Made by a program: the position numbers and the translations under genes | The notes under the pieces: model-generated | The model's database searches: none | Seen by the model: the letters and a program-made list of their open reading frames with translations, nothing else | Told to the model about the DNA's origin: nothing | Assembly: GCA_963789615.1 (NCBI GenBank) | Contig: CAWBLI010000005.1 | Coordinates: 1,821,427-1,885,426, forward strand | DNA length: 64,000 nucleotides | Reading direction: 5' to 3' | DNA from: an uncultured Actinomycetota bacterium | GTDB taxonomy: Bacteria; Actinomycetota; Actinomycetes; JAFAQI01 | Part shown: piece by piece, positions 9,559 to 20,859 of the stretch | Numbering within the stretch: position 1 is the stretch's first letter | Layout: the number at the start of each line of letters is the position of its first letter

Positions 9559-11029
9559 CGTCGGGTAACGACGATGTGGCCATCGGCCTGGATCTTGGGA
9601 CCTCCGGGCTCAAAGCGGTGGCGGTCACCGTGGCCGGCGAGATCCTCGCGCGCACCCAGGCGTCGTACCCGACAGCACGACCGGAGGCTCTCGCCGCCGA
9701 GCAGGCGCCCGCCGACTGGCTGGCCGCGGTCGCGGACGCACTCACCGGACTCGCCGGCGAGGTGCCGACCTCGCGCTGGCGGTGTCTCGGTCTGTCCGCC
9801 ATGATCCCGACGCTCGTGACCACGGACCGGTCGTTCGACGTGACCGGGCCCGCCGTCACATGGGAGGACGCGCGGGCGCAGCCCGAGGCGGACGAGCTGG
9901 TCTCGCTGGCTGGAGACGACTACCGGGAAACCGGTCAGCGGCTCGACGGTCGCTACCTGCTGCCGATGCTGGCGCGGCTGGCGCGAACCGATCCCGAGCG
10001 GTACTCCAGGACGGTGTGGATCCTCGCTGCCAAGGACTACCTGTTCCGCTGGCTGACCGGCATCCTGGCCACCGATCCCAGCACCGCGACCGGATTCGGC
10101 GGCTACCGGCTGGACCCGGCGTGCTTGGCTGGAGCCGGTGTGGCGCGGCCGCGGCAACCATCAGCGGCCAGCCATTGCCGCGCCGACCGGAGCTGAGCCC
10201 GGCCTTGCGGACCGCCCCCATCCGCGGCGAGCTGGCCGCGCGGCTCGGGCTCCCCGCGCAGCTCGAGGTGTGCCTGGGTGTCGCCGACTCCGTGGCGGGC
10301 GCGCTCGGTCTGGGGGCGAGCCGGCCCGGGGACGTGGCCTACATCGCCGGCACCAGCACCGTGATCCTCGCCACGAGCGATCGGGCGGCCTACGACCCGC
10401 AACGTCGGTACATCGTCACGCCGATGGCCGCCCCCGACAGCTGGGGCCTGGAGATGGACCTGCTGGCAACCGGAAGCGCGACCCGATGGCTGGCCCGGCT
10501 CGTCGGCGTCGACGAGGTCGAGCTGATCGAGCGAGGCCGCGCTCGCGACCCGCTCGACGCGCCGACCTTTCTTCCGTACCTGGCGCCGGGCGAGCAGGGC
10601 GCGTTGTGGGATCCGAACCTGACCGGGGCCGATGTCGGGTCTCGACCTGCACCACGATGCGGCCGACCTGGCCCGCGGCCTGCTCACCGGAATCCTGCTG
10701 GAGAGCCGCCGCTGCCTCGAGATGCTGCGCCAGGTCACCGGTCGGCCGGACCCGTCTACCTAGGTGGCGGCGGCGGGGCCACGTCGGCCGGGTTCGCGCA
10801 GGAGCTCGCCGACGCGACCGGTCGGCAGGTCGTTCTCGCGTCGGACACCACCGACCACTCGGCGCTTGGCGCCGCCCAGCTTGCCGCGACGCGCCAGTCG
10901 GCCACCGGAGCGGACGACCGGTTTGACCACGAGGCCGCAGCGACTGGGCGCGTCATCACGCCACGAGCCGAAACAGCGGGCACATGGGCGCTACTGGCCG
11001 AGCGGCATCAACGGGCGCTGAGCCGTTGA
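9555..11029 (+). pseudogene. FGGY-family carbohydrate kinase (xylulokinase-like), at least 3 frame switches
   Basis: GTG 9555 overlaps the GntR stop (GTGA). 'VAIGLDLGTSGLKAVAV..WLAAVADAL' is followed by 'VAYIAGTSTVILATSD..FLPYLAPGEQGALWDPNLTGA' and then 'VYLGGGGATSAGFAQELADATGRQVVL'. Switches lie near 10130, 10630 and 10750. Confidence 0.8.
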
Positions 11030-11069
11030 CACCCCTTCTCTTAACTTCATACTCTCTATGCAGAGTGTG
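11026..11069 (+). promoter_or_regulatory. candidate promoter plus operator upstream of the ABC importer
   Basis: TTGACA (11026-11031), an 18-nt gap, then TACTCT (11050-11055). An imperfect inverted repeat 'catactct'-6 nt-'agagtgtg' (11048-11069) overlaps the -10 element. This is a locally AT-rich patch in a GC-rich genome. Confidence 0.35.
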
Positions 11070-11115
11070 ATGGGTACAACAACATCGAGCTGACGGTCTT
11101 CGGAGGGCGAGTGCC

Positions 11116-12783
11116 ATGAGCGAAGGCGGGATCAGCCGGCGGCGGGTTCTCAGCGTCGGCGCGATGGCGGTCGGCGGGCTGGCGGCGCCGTTCACGTTGG
11201 CCGGATGCGGGCCGAAGCCCACGGCGGCGTCCACGAAGGCGAAGCTGCTGCGGGTCGGGTGGACCTCAGAGCCGGACACCATGAACCCCTTCACCTACAC
11301 CAGTTCGGCCTCCGCCGAGATTCTGCAGCTGGTCTACGACAACCTCCTGATGTACGACATCAACCTCAAGCCCGCGCCGGCACTCGCCACGCAACACCAG
11401 CTACAGCTCGGACGGCAAGTCGATCACCTTCACGCTGCGGCAAGGCGTCACCTGGCACGACGGGCAGCCATTCACCGCCGACGACGTCAAGTTCACCTGG
11501 GAAGTCACGAAGGCCCATAACCTCGGCCAGGCAGCCCAGTACCTGTACCGACCTGACCGGCGTCGACATCGTCGAACCCGCACACGGTCGTCGTTCACTT
11601 CCGCCGGCCGCAGGCGTTCAACCCGGCACTGATCATCCCGATCGTCCCCAAGCACATCTGGGGATCGATGTCGGCGAGCGCGATCCAGAAGTTCTCCAAC
11701 CCCAAGCCGATCGGCACCGGGCCGTACAAGTTCGAGACCTGGGCGCACGGCCAGTTCGTGCAGACCACCCGCTACGCCAAGTGGTGGGGGCCGGCGCCGG
11801 CAGCGAGCGGCGTGCTGTGGCAGCACTACGACAGCCCGGACGTGATGACGCAGAACCTGGTGTCCGGAGCGGTCGACGTCCTGACCGAGGTCCCGCCGCA
11901 GCTGTGGGAAAGCCTGGGCTCGAAGGCCAACGTCAAGGCGGTCGAGATGCCGTCGTACTCCTTCCATCACATCGGCATGAACGTCTCGAAGAACCCGAAG
12001 TCCGGGGGCAACCCGCTGCTGCTCGACAAGACCGTCCGCCAGGCGCTGAGCTACGCGGTCGACCGCAACCAGCTGGTGCAGCTCGCGCTGAGCGGCCGGG
12101 GCATCCCCGGCAGCGTCATCCTGCCGGCGGCATTCGGGCAGTGGCAGCAGAAGATCCCCGCCTCGCAGCAGTTCAACGCGAACCCGCAGAAAGCGGAGGC
12201 GATGCTGGAGGCAGCCGGCTACAAGATGGGCGCGCACGGGGTCCGGCAGTCATCGTCGGGCAAGCCGCTGAGCTTCCGGCTGATCGCCATCGAGGCGACC
12301 GATGTCGACGTGCGCGCGGCCCAGCTGGTCGTCGCGGCGGCAGCGAAGGTCGGCATCAAGCTCACCTTGCAGACCCTCGACGAGACCACGCTGGGCAACG
12401 TCGTCTACGACGCGAGCGCGCCGAACTGGGACATCTTCGTCTGGGGCTGGGACTCCGGCACGGCGGACCCCGACTACCTGCTCGGCGTACCGCTGACCAG
12501 CCAGATCGGCAACAACAACGACGTCTACTACTCCAACCCGACCTACGACGCGCTCTACGACCAGCAGGCCACCGAGCTCGACGTCACGAAGCGCATGTCG
12601 CTGGTCCATCAGATGCAGCAGATGTACTACGAGGACGCGGCGTACCTGATCATGTGGTACCAGAGCAAGCTCCAGGCATACCGGACCGACGCCTGGACCG
12701 GGTGGGTCACAGACGCCCGGCGGGATGGTCTTCAACTTCACGCGAGGCAACTACCTAGGGGTGAAGCCCGGGACCAGCACGTG
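11116..12783 (+). pseudogene. ABC transporter substrate-binding lipoprotein, family 5 (Opp/Dpp type), at least 3 frame switches
   Basis: Tat-like signal with lipobox: 'RRRVLSVGAMAVGGLAAPFTLAGC'. The family-5 body is in ORF 11116..11520 and ORF 11668..12819 ('GTGPYKFETW..FHHIGMNV..'). The 11400-11670 segment and the last 20 codons ('GMVFNFTRGNYLGVKPGTST*', stop 12781-12783) are in other frames. Confidence 0.85.
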
Positions 12784-12815
12784 ACAGCCGGTTACACGGG
12801 CCGCCAGGTCTCGCT

Positions 12816-13786
12816 GTGACCGGTCGCTACCTGGCTCGCAAGGTAGCGACCTTGCTCCTCACGCTGTACATCGTCCTCACCTTCAACTTCGTGCTCTTCC
12901 ACGTGTTGCCCGGCAACCCGGCGAAGCTGCTGGCCCGGTCGGGACACCTCGACCCGCAGGCGGAACGTCAGCTCACCGCGCTGTTCGGGCTCAACCACTC
13001 CGTGCCGGTGCAGTACCTCGACTACATGCGGGCGATACTCCACGGCAACCTCGGGTTCTCCTACATCTATCGGAGCCCCGGTGACGACGGTGCTCGGCCC
13101 CGCCGTCATGGAACACAGCGCTGCTGCTCGGCGTCGCGACCCTGGTGACGGTGGTGCTCGGGGTGGCAGTCGGCGTGTTCGCCGGAGCCCGGTCGCACTC
13201 GCGACGCGACACCGGTGTGGTGACGACGAGCCTGGTGCTGTGGAGCCTGCCGACCTTCTGGACCGGGATGATCCTCATCATCATCATGGGCGTCTGGTTG
13301 CACGCCTTCCCGATCTCCGGGATCTACTACCCCGGCAACGTCTACACCGAGCTCGGGCATCTCGAGGACGTCGGCCTGCACCTGTTCCTTCCGGCCCTGA
13401 CCCTCGTTCTCGTCAACGTCGCGGAGTTCGTGCTGATCAGCCGGAGCGCGCTCGTCGACGTGATGAGCGAGGACTACATGGTCACCGCCCGCGCGAAGGG
13501 GCTCAAGCGCCGGGTGATCGTCTGGCGGCACGGCTTCCGCAATGCCATGCTGCCGATCGTCACCGCGACAGCGCTCTACATCGGGATGGTGCTCGGCGGG
13601 GCGATCGAGGTAGAGACGGTTTTCTCCTGGCCCGGCATGGGCCTGCTGACCTACAACTCGGTGCTGCAACGTGACTACCCGGTGCTCGAGGCGTCGTTCC
13701 TGGTGTTCACCGTCGGTGTCATCCTGGCCAACTTCATCGCGGACCTGATGTACCACGCGCTCGACCCGCGGGTACGCAACGCATGA
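12816..13786 (+). pseudogene. ABC transporter permease (DppB/OppB type), 2 frame switches
   Basis: 'MTGRYLARKVATLLLTLYIVLTFNFVLFHVLPGNPA' (ORF 12816..) is followed by a short piece in the frame of ORF 13081. ORF 13145..13786 then gives '..MVTARAKGLKRRVIVWRHGFRNAMLPIVT..ANFIADLMYHALDPRVR'. Switches lie near 13078 and 13140. Confidence 0.85.
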
Positions 13787-14703
13787 CGCTCAACGAGTCC
13801 GCGCTCAGCAGCCTGCCGACGGCGGGCGTCGACGTACTCAACGAGACGGTCCGGTTCAACCTGCTCCGGGAGCTGTGGCGGGATCGACTCGGCCGCGCCG
13901 GGCTGCTGCTGCTCGGTGCCGTCCTCGTCGTGATCCTGATCGGGCCGATCATCTTCCCGTTCCATCGCGCAGGCGTTCGGCGCCTCGTCCGGCCTCGATC
14001 CTGCAGCCGCCGTCGTCGGCGCACTGGCTGGGCACCGACGAGCTGGGTCGCGACGTGTTCCGGCAGACGCTGGTCGGCGGCCGGATCTCGCTGCTGGTCG
14101 GTATCTCGGCCACGATCATCGCGATCGTGCTGGGCGCGAGCGTCGGCCTGATCTCCGGCTTCTACGCCGGCTGGTGCGACGTAACCCTGATGCGCGTGAC
14201 GGACTTCTTCCTGGTGCTGCCGACGATCCCGCTGATCGTCGCGCTCGCCGCGTTGTTCGGGCAGAGCGTGCTCGTCACGTCGCTCGTGATCGGCCTGACC
14301 AGCTGGCCGCAGACCGCACGGATCATCCGGTCTCAGGTGCTGTCGCTTGCGCGAGCGGCCACTGGTCATGCGAGCCCGTTCGATCGGGGCCACCGATCTT
14401 CGGATCCTCGGCGGCCACATCCTGCCGAACGTGATGCCGCTCATCCTCGCGAACTTGGTGCTGGTGCTCGCGGGTTCCGTCCTGGCGGAGGCGACGCTGT
14501 CGTTCCTCGGGCTCGGCGACCCGGTTCACGTGTCCTGGGGCACGATGCTGCACTACGCCTTCTCTTCGGGCGCCATGGGGCTGGGGGCGTGGTGGTACGT
14601 GCTGCCGCCGGGCATCGGCATCGTCGCGCTGGTCATGGGGTTCTCCCTCATCGGTCACAGCCTCGAGCGGCTGCTCAGCCCCAAGTCGCGGGAGTCACGA
14701 TGA
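13783..14703 (+). pseudogene. ABC transporter permease (DppC/OppC type), 2 frame switches
   Basis: ATGA overlap with the upstream gene. ORF 13783..14151 gives the N-terminus. Then comes 'HWLGTDELGRDVFRQTLVGGRISLLVGISATII..' (inside ORF 13875..), then ORF 14347..14703 '..ARSIGATDLRILGGHILPNVMPLILAN..'. Confidence 0.85.
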
Positions 14704-15697
14704 GCCTGCTGGAGATCACCGACCTGTCGGTGGAGTACAAGGTGCCCGGTGGCACGTTGCGCGCCGTCGACGAGGTGAGCCTGCGGATCGATGCCGGCGA
14801 GGCGGTCGGGATCGTCGGCGAGTCCGGCTGCGGCAAGACCACACTGGGACTTGACCGTGCCGGTTCTGCTGCCACGCAACGCCACGATCGCCACCGGCGG
14901 GTCGATCCGGCTCGACGGCACGCGACATCAGCGAGTCTCGACGAGAAGCGGCTCAACACGCTGCGGTGGACCAGCGTCGCGTTCATCTTCCAGGGCGCCA
15001 TGAACGCGCTGAACCCGGTGGCGCGGGTGGACAAGCCAGATCGTCGAGCCGATCCTGGCGCACGAGTCGGACACGAGCCCGGCGCAGGCCATGCAACGCG
15101 CCCACGAGCTGCTCGACCAGGTGGGGGTGTCGGCCTCCCGGGCGAACAGCTACCCACACGAGTTCTCCGGCGGGATGCGGCAGCGCGTGATGATCGCGAT
15201 GTCGCTGGCCTGCCGGCCGAAGCTGCTGATCGCCGACGAGCCGACGACGGCGCTCGACGTGATCAGCCAGGCCCAGATCCTGACGTTGCTCGGGTCGTTG
15301 CGGCGTACCTATGGGTTGGCACTGCTGCTGATCTCCCACGATCTGGTCGGCGGTACGGCGTACCTGCGACCGGGTGGTCGTGATGTACGCCGGGGTCGAT
15401 CGTCGAGGAGGGGCTCGCAACCGAGATCCTGGGCGGCGCCGGAACAGCCGACCGACCGCCGCGCACCCTTACACGCGCGCGCTGATCCGGTCGCACCCCA
15501 ACCTGCGGGCGAGCGGGTACTCGCGGACGCGCTTCCCGGCAACCCACCCGACCTGACGGTGCCGATGCAGGGCTGCCGGTTCTACGAACGGTGCCCGAGC
15601 GCCTTCCGATCTGCGAGCGCGTCGTCCCACCGGCGGTCACGGTGGCGATCGGTCACGTCGCCGCCTGCCACCTGCTCACCGGTGACGGACGTCATGA
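14700..15697 (+). pseudogene. ABC transporter ATP-binding protein (DppD/OppD type), at least 7 frame switches
   Basis: Walker A 'GESGCGKTTLGL', 'LNTLRWTSVAFIFQGAMNALNPV', '[38 protein letters not shown]', 'VVVMYAG', 'HPYTRALIRSHPNL', 'GCRFYERCP' and 'HVAACHLL' each sit in alternating frames. Confidence 0.8.
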
Positions 15698-16717
15698 CCA
15701 CGCGCGAGACCGTGCTGGATGTCGACGACCTCCACGTGCACTTCCACGGTCATCGATCCGGCGGTCAGCGCACGACGATCCGCGCCGTCGATGGGGTGTC
15801 GTTCACGATCGAGCGCGGCGAGATCCTGGCGCTGGTCGGCGAGTCCGGCTGCGGGAAGACCACGATCGCGCAGGCGGTGATGCGGCTGGTGCCGCTGACC
15901 TCCGGCCGGATCGTCACCAGCGGCCAGGACCTGTCGCAGCTGAACGGACGCGAGCTGCGCAAGGTACGGCGCAGCTTCCAGATGATCTTCCAGGACCCGT
16001 TCGCGTCGCTGGACCCGCGGCGGACGGCGTACCAGACAGTAGTCGAGCCACTGCTGATCCACGGCGTCGGCAACGACGACAAGGAGCGGCGCGAGCTCGT
16101 GCTGCAGGCGCTCGAGTTCGCCTACCTGCGGCCGGCCGAGCGGCTCGCCGACCGCTATCCCCACGAGCTGTCCGGCGGCCAGCGGCAGCGGGTCGCGATC
16201 GCCGCCGCGATGGTGCTCAACCCTGCGCTGGTCGTGGCCGACGAGCCGGTGTCGATGCTCGACGTGTCCGCGCAGACCGGGATCCTCAAGCTGATGGTCG
16301 ACCTCCGCGACCGGCTCGACGTCTCGTACCTGTTCATCACCCACGACCTGTCGATCGCGTGGGTCGTGGCGGATCGGATCGCCGTCGTCTACCTCGGCCG
16401 GATCGTCGAGATCGGGCCTTCCGCCGAGCTCGTCGCGGCGCCCGCGCACCCCTACACCCGCGCACTGCTCGCGGCCGCCACCGACGCCGACGCCGACCGA
16501 AGCGAGCCAGCCGCGACGCAGCTGACCGGTGAGACGCCGTCCGCGTCGAACGTGCCGGTCGGATGCCGGTTCCACCCGCGCTGCCCGCGCTACCGAGAGC
16601 TGGGCGAACCGGAGCGCTGCCGCACCGAGGATCCGGTGCTGAAGATCGCCGCGCCCGAGCGAGCCCGCCGGCGAGATGCACCAGGCCGCGTGCCACTTCC
16701 CTCCGGAGCAGCCATGA
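15694..16717 (+). pseudogene. ABC transporter ATP-binding protein (DppF/OppF type), 1 frame switch near the 3' end
   Basis: 'LALVGESGCGKTTIAQ', 'YPHELSGGQRQRVAIAAAMVLNPALVVADEPVSMLDV', 'HPYTRALL' and 'GCRFHPRCP' are all in one frame (part of ORF 15091..17994). The last codons 'GEMHQAACHFPPEQP*' need a switch near 16665. The stop overlaps the next ATG (ATGA at 16714-16717). Confidence 0.85.
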
Positions 16718-17875
16718 CGAGAACCGCGACCGACGACGTCGTCGCGCTGGTCTCCGACCTGGTCCGCATCGACTCGGTGACGCCGTGGCTGGTCCCGGGC
16801 GGCGCGGGCGAGTCCGAGGTCGCGCGCTACATCGCCGACTGGCTGGCCGACCTGCCCGTCGAGGTCGTCATCGACGAGATCGAGCCGGGCCGGGTCAACC
16901 TGGTCGCGACGCTGCGCGGCACCGGCGGTGGCCCGACGCTGTGTCTGAACGCGCACGCCGACACCGTCGGCTACGGCAACTGGCAGGACGAGGCGCTGGT
17001 GCCGCGGCTCGACGGCGACCGGATGTACGGGCTGGGTGCGGCGGACGACAAGGGCTGCTGTGCGGCGGCACTGCTCGCGTTGCGGGCGCTGGCCGGCCGG
17101 CCCGCCGAGCTGCGCGGCGACCTGGTCGTCGCGTGCGTGGCGGATGAGGAAGGCATCTCGATCGGCACCGAGCACCTGCTCACAACGCTTCGCGCCGACG
17201 CCGCCGTCGTCCTGGAGCCGGACGCGCTCCCGCGGGTCATCGTCGAGCACCAGGGCTTCGGGTGGATCGACGTCGTCACGATCGGGAAGCCGGCTCACGG
17301 CTCGGCGCCGGACGAAGGGGTCGACTCGATCGTCGCGATGGCGGAGGTGGTGAGCCGGCTGCATCGGCTCGACGTCGAGAGCTTCGCCGCCGCGCCCGAT
17401 CCCCGCAACGGCCGCACCGTCTTCCACACCGGCACGATCCAGGGCGGCACCGACTACGCGACGTACCCCGCGACCTGCGCGCTCGGCATCGAGATCGGCA
17501 CCCAGACCAACGAGACACTGGCGGACCGCGTCGCGGAGATCGAGTCGATCCTCGCAGACGTCCGGTCAGGCGATGCCGGGGCTGGAGACGAGGGTCAACG
17601 TCGCGCTCGACCGACAGCCGTTCCTCGCCGCCGGCCACGAACGAGTGCTCGGCTGCTTCGACGCGGCGGCTCGCGAGCACCTGGGTCACGACCTGACCCA
17701 GGGTGGCCTGAATGCGTGGACCGACGCAGCGATGATGCAGGATGCCGGGATCCCGACCATCCTGCTCGGGCCGCTCGGCGGGAACTTCCACGCGCCCGGC
17801 GAGTGGGTGTCGGTGCCCGAGGTGGCCGTGGTCGCCGACATCGTCACCACGGCCGCGCGGGAGTTCCTGGCGTGA
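16714..17875 (+). pseudogene. M20-family metallopeptidase / deacylase (ArgE/DapE type), 1 frame switch
   Basis: 'LVRIDSVTPW', 'LCLNAHADTVG', 'MYGLGAADDKG' and 'ADEEGIS' lie in the frame of ORF 15091..17994. The C-terminus '..NAWTDAAMMQDAGIPTILLGPLGGNFHAPGEWVSV..' is in ORF 17573..17875. The switch is near 17565. Confidence 0.85.
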
Positions 17876-19130
17876 GCGGCATCGACCTGTCGCTCTACCC
17901 GGAAGGAGCGCCCTCGACGACAGCGGGCGGCTGCTGGTCGGCGGGTGCGCTGTCGCTGATCTCGCCGAGCAGTTCGGCACCCCGGCGTACCTGATCGACG
18001 AGGGCGCCTTGCGGGCACAGGCCCGCGCCTACCAGCAGGCGTTCCGGTCCCGGCACCCCGACAGCCTGGTGCTGTTCGCGTCCAAGTCGTTCCCGGCCGC
18101 GGCGGTCATCCGGGTCATGGTCGAGGAAGGCTGCGGCGTCGACGTCGCCGCGGCCGGTGAGCTCGTCATCGCGCAGGCCGCCGGTGGGCATACCGCAGGA
18201 CATGGTGCTGCACGGCAACGCGAAGACCGACCTCGACATCAGCCTGGCCATCGAGGCCGGCGTCGGTCACATCGTCGTGGACAACCTCGACGACGTCGAC
18301 CGGATCGCGCGGCTGGCGTCCTCGCCGGTCCCGGTCCTGCTGCGGGTGAGCCCGGCGATCGACGCGGCGACCCACGAGAAGCTGTCGACCGGGCACGACA
18401 ACTCGAAGTTCGGCATCCCGACGGGGTACGTCGACGAGGTGATCGCGCGGATCCGCCGCGAACCGATGCTCGACCTGCGGGGGCTACACGCGCACGTCGG
18501 CTCGCAGATCCTCGAGGTCGACCAGTTCGAGGCGGAGGTTGCAGCGCTGGCGCGGCTGCAGCGGTTCGGCACCTACGACTTCGGCGGCGGTCTCGGCGTG
18601 CGGTACGTGTCGAGCGACACGGCACCCGACGTCGAGGAGTACGCCGAACGACTCGTCGACGCGGTGCACCGGCACCTCGGCCACGACGTGCGGATCATGG
18701 TCGAGCCGGGACGATCGATGGTGGCGCGCAACGGCATCACGGTGTACACCGTCATGACCGTGAAGCGGGCCGGTCGCACCCACGTCGCCGTCGACGGCGG
18801 GATGGGCGACAACCTCGAGGTCGCGCTCTACGGCCAGCCGTTCGAGCCGCACATCATCGACAAGACCGGGCCGAGCGGTGGTCTGCGACGTGGTCGGTCG
18901 GCACTGCGAGTCCGGCGACACGTTCGTGCGCGACCACGCGCTGGTCGACCCGCAGGTCGGCGACCTGCTGACGATCCCCGTCACCGGCGCCTACTGCTAC
19001 ACGATGAGCAACAACTACAACGGGAACTGCCGACCTCCGGTCGTCTTCTGCCGCGACGGGCAAGACCCGGCTCGCAGTCCGGCGCGAGACGTTCGACGAC
19101 CTGCTGGCCCGCGACCTGACGGTCGGCTAG
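17872..19130 (+). pseudogene. fold-type-III PLP decarboxylase (diaminopimelate/ornithine decarboxylase family), about 4 frame switches
   Basis: GTGA overlap with the M20 gene. 'FGTPAYLIDEGALRAQARAYQQAF', 'HGNAKTDLDISLAIEAGVGHIVVDN', 'HAHVGSQI', 'DFGGGLGVRY', 'EPGRSMVA', 'GRHCESGD', 'GAYCYTMSNNYNG' and 'RRETFDDLLARDLTVG*' are spread over three frames. Switches lie near 17905, 18185, 18880 and 19060. Confidence 0.82.
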
Positions 19131-19132
19131 CG

Positions 19133-20833
19133 GTGGCGGTCGACGGGTTCCCTGCGGAACGCGCGGAGTCGGTCTGCGCGCAACTCGGCGAGTACGTCGA
19201 GGGGCTCGACCGCGACCACGCCGATGGGTGGCGGAGCGATCGTGATTGCGGGCGTCGACGGGAGCGCTCGCGACCCGGACCTTCGGCCTGGCAGACGTCG
19301 ATCGCGGCGAGCCGGTTTCGCTGAGTCACCGGTTCCAGATCGGGTCGATCAGCAAGGTGTTCGCCGGGCTGCTCATCAACCAGCTGGTCGACGAGGGTGC
19401 GCTGGACCTGCACGCGCCGATCGGCAGCGTGCTCAGTGGTTGGAGGGCACCGGCGTCGCGGACGTGTCACTGCGCCAGCTCCTCACGCACAGCGCCGGTC
19501 TCGTCGCCGGATCCGATGCTCTGGTGGGCGACGTCGCCCAGGCGTGGATGCTGCGTGACCTCGCGATGGCTCCGGTAGGGGCGCAGTTCCACTACTCGAA
19601 CACCGGATACGTGTTGCTGGGCCTCGCCGCCAGCGCGGTGACCGGGGTCGACTACCCGATCCTGATCCGGGAGCGGTTGCTACTGCCGATGGGCATGATG
19701 GGGTCGACGGCGGCGATCGTCATCGCCGACCGGGCGAGCTTCGCGACCGGCTACCAGCCGGTGCAGGACGACTGGCCGTGGGCGCCGGGCGACGAGCTGA
19801 CCCCGAGCACCGTGGGTCGAGGAAGCGGCGGCGGCGGGCAACGTGTCGGCGCCGGCCGAGGACATCGGCCGGCTGCTCAGCCTGCTGCTCGGCGACGGCG
19901 AGGTGGCCGGGCGTCGCGTCGTGTCACCCGAGGCGCTGCGCCGGATGATCGACCTGGTCGGGCCGGGCGGCGAGCCGATCCTCGACCCGCCGGGCCTGGC
20001 TGTGGTCAAGTCCAGCCGGTACGGGCTCGGCGTCAATGTCGAGCGCATCAGCGGCCACGAGTGCCTGTCGCACGGTGGCGGGATGGTCGGCTACTCGACG
20101 TTCGTCCTCGTCGACCGGACCGCCGGCATCGGCATCGCGGTGCTGAGCAACGCCAGCGGCGACTGCCCGGCGGCGCAGCTCGTCGCCCGGGTCGGCCACG
20201 CGCTGCTGACCGCCGAACCGGACTGCCGTCCCTGCCGTCCCCACACCGACGCCGGACGTGGTGCCACGAGCCGACGAGCTGCCCCGCGGCCGGTTCGTGA
20301 CGCATCGGCAGCAGTCCGGTGACGCGAGTCCTCGAGCTGACCGACGGCGAGCGCGCCGGGCGAGCTGGTTGTCCGGTACGACGGCTCTGACGCCCGGCTG
20401 TTCCACAACCACAAGGGCCGGCTGGTCACCGATCACCCGCAGCTGCGCCGGTTCCATCTTGACGTCGTACCGGTCGACGGGTCGGTGTGCTGGGTGCACG
20501 GCCCGGACGTCTACTACCCGGCGGGCGAGCCGCCCCGGGAGCGAGACCCCGCCGGATGACGAGAACCCGCTGGTCGGTCACTACCGGACGTACTCGTCGT
20601 GGTGGACCAACTTCCGCATCGTCCAGCGGCTCGGCCGGCTCTTCCTGGTGGCACCCGGTGGTGTCGAGGCGCCGGACGACGACCAGGAGCTGGTGCCGGT
20701 GTCGCCGGGCACATACCGGATCGGGGCCGAGCAGTGGAGCCCCGAGCGGCTCGTCGCGGGCCCGACGGTCGGCGGTCGGGTGATCAGCGTCGATCGCGAC
20801 GGCTGCCCATACTCCCGCACCTTCACACCCTGA
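19133..20833 (+). pseudogene. beta-lactamase-family serine hydrolase with a C-terminal extension, at least 4 frame switches
   Basis: SxxK motif 'FQIGSISKVFAGLLINQL' (ORF 19246..) and YxN motif 'HYSNTGYVLLG' (ORF 19224..). 'SHGGGMVGYSTFVLVD' is in ORF 19843... The C-terminal ~170 aa '..[41 protein letters not shown]' is in ORF 20258..20833. Confidence 0.78.
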
Positions 20834-20859
20834 CCGCCCGCTTTGTAGGCTTGGCGGTC

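Noticed and set aside
15676-17427. 583-aa minus-strand ORF; also 28601..30178 (+), 44285..45778 (-), 53194..54879 (+), 24843..26144 (+), 33145..34356 (+), 7633..8799 (-) and 5008..6030 (+)
   Set aside because: All are antisense to genes with clear family motifs. All share the same Arg/Gly/Asp/His-rich shadow composition and lack RBS or start context.
15091-17994. 967-aa ORF that looks like an ATPase-ATPase-peptidase-decarboxylase fusion protein
   Set aside because: It is an artefact. The true stops lie in the +1 frame at the ATGA/GTGA junctions (15697, 16717, 17875), and local frame switches keep one frame open across four separate genes.
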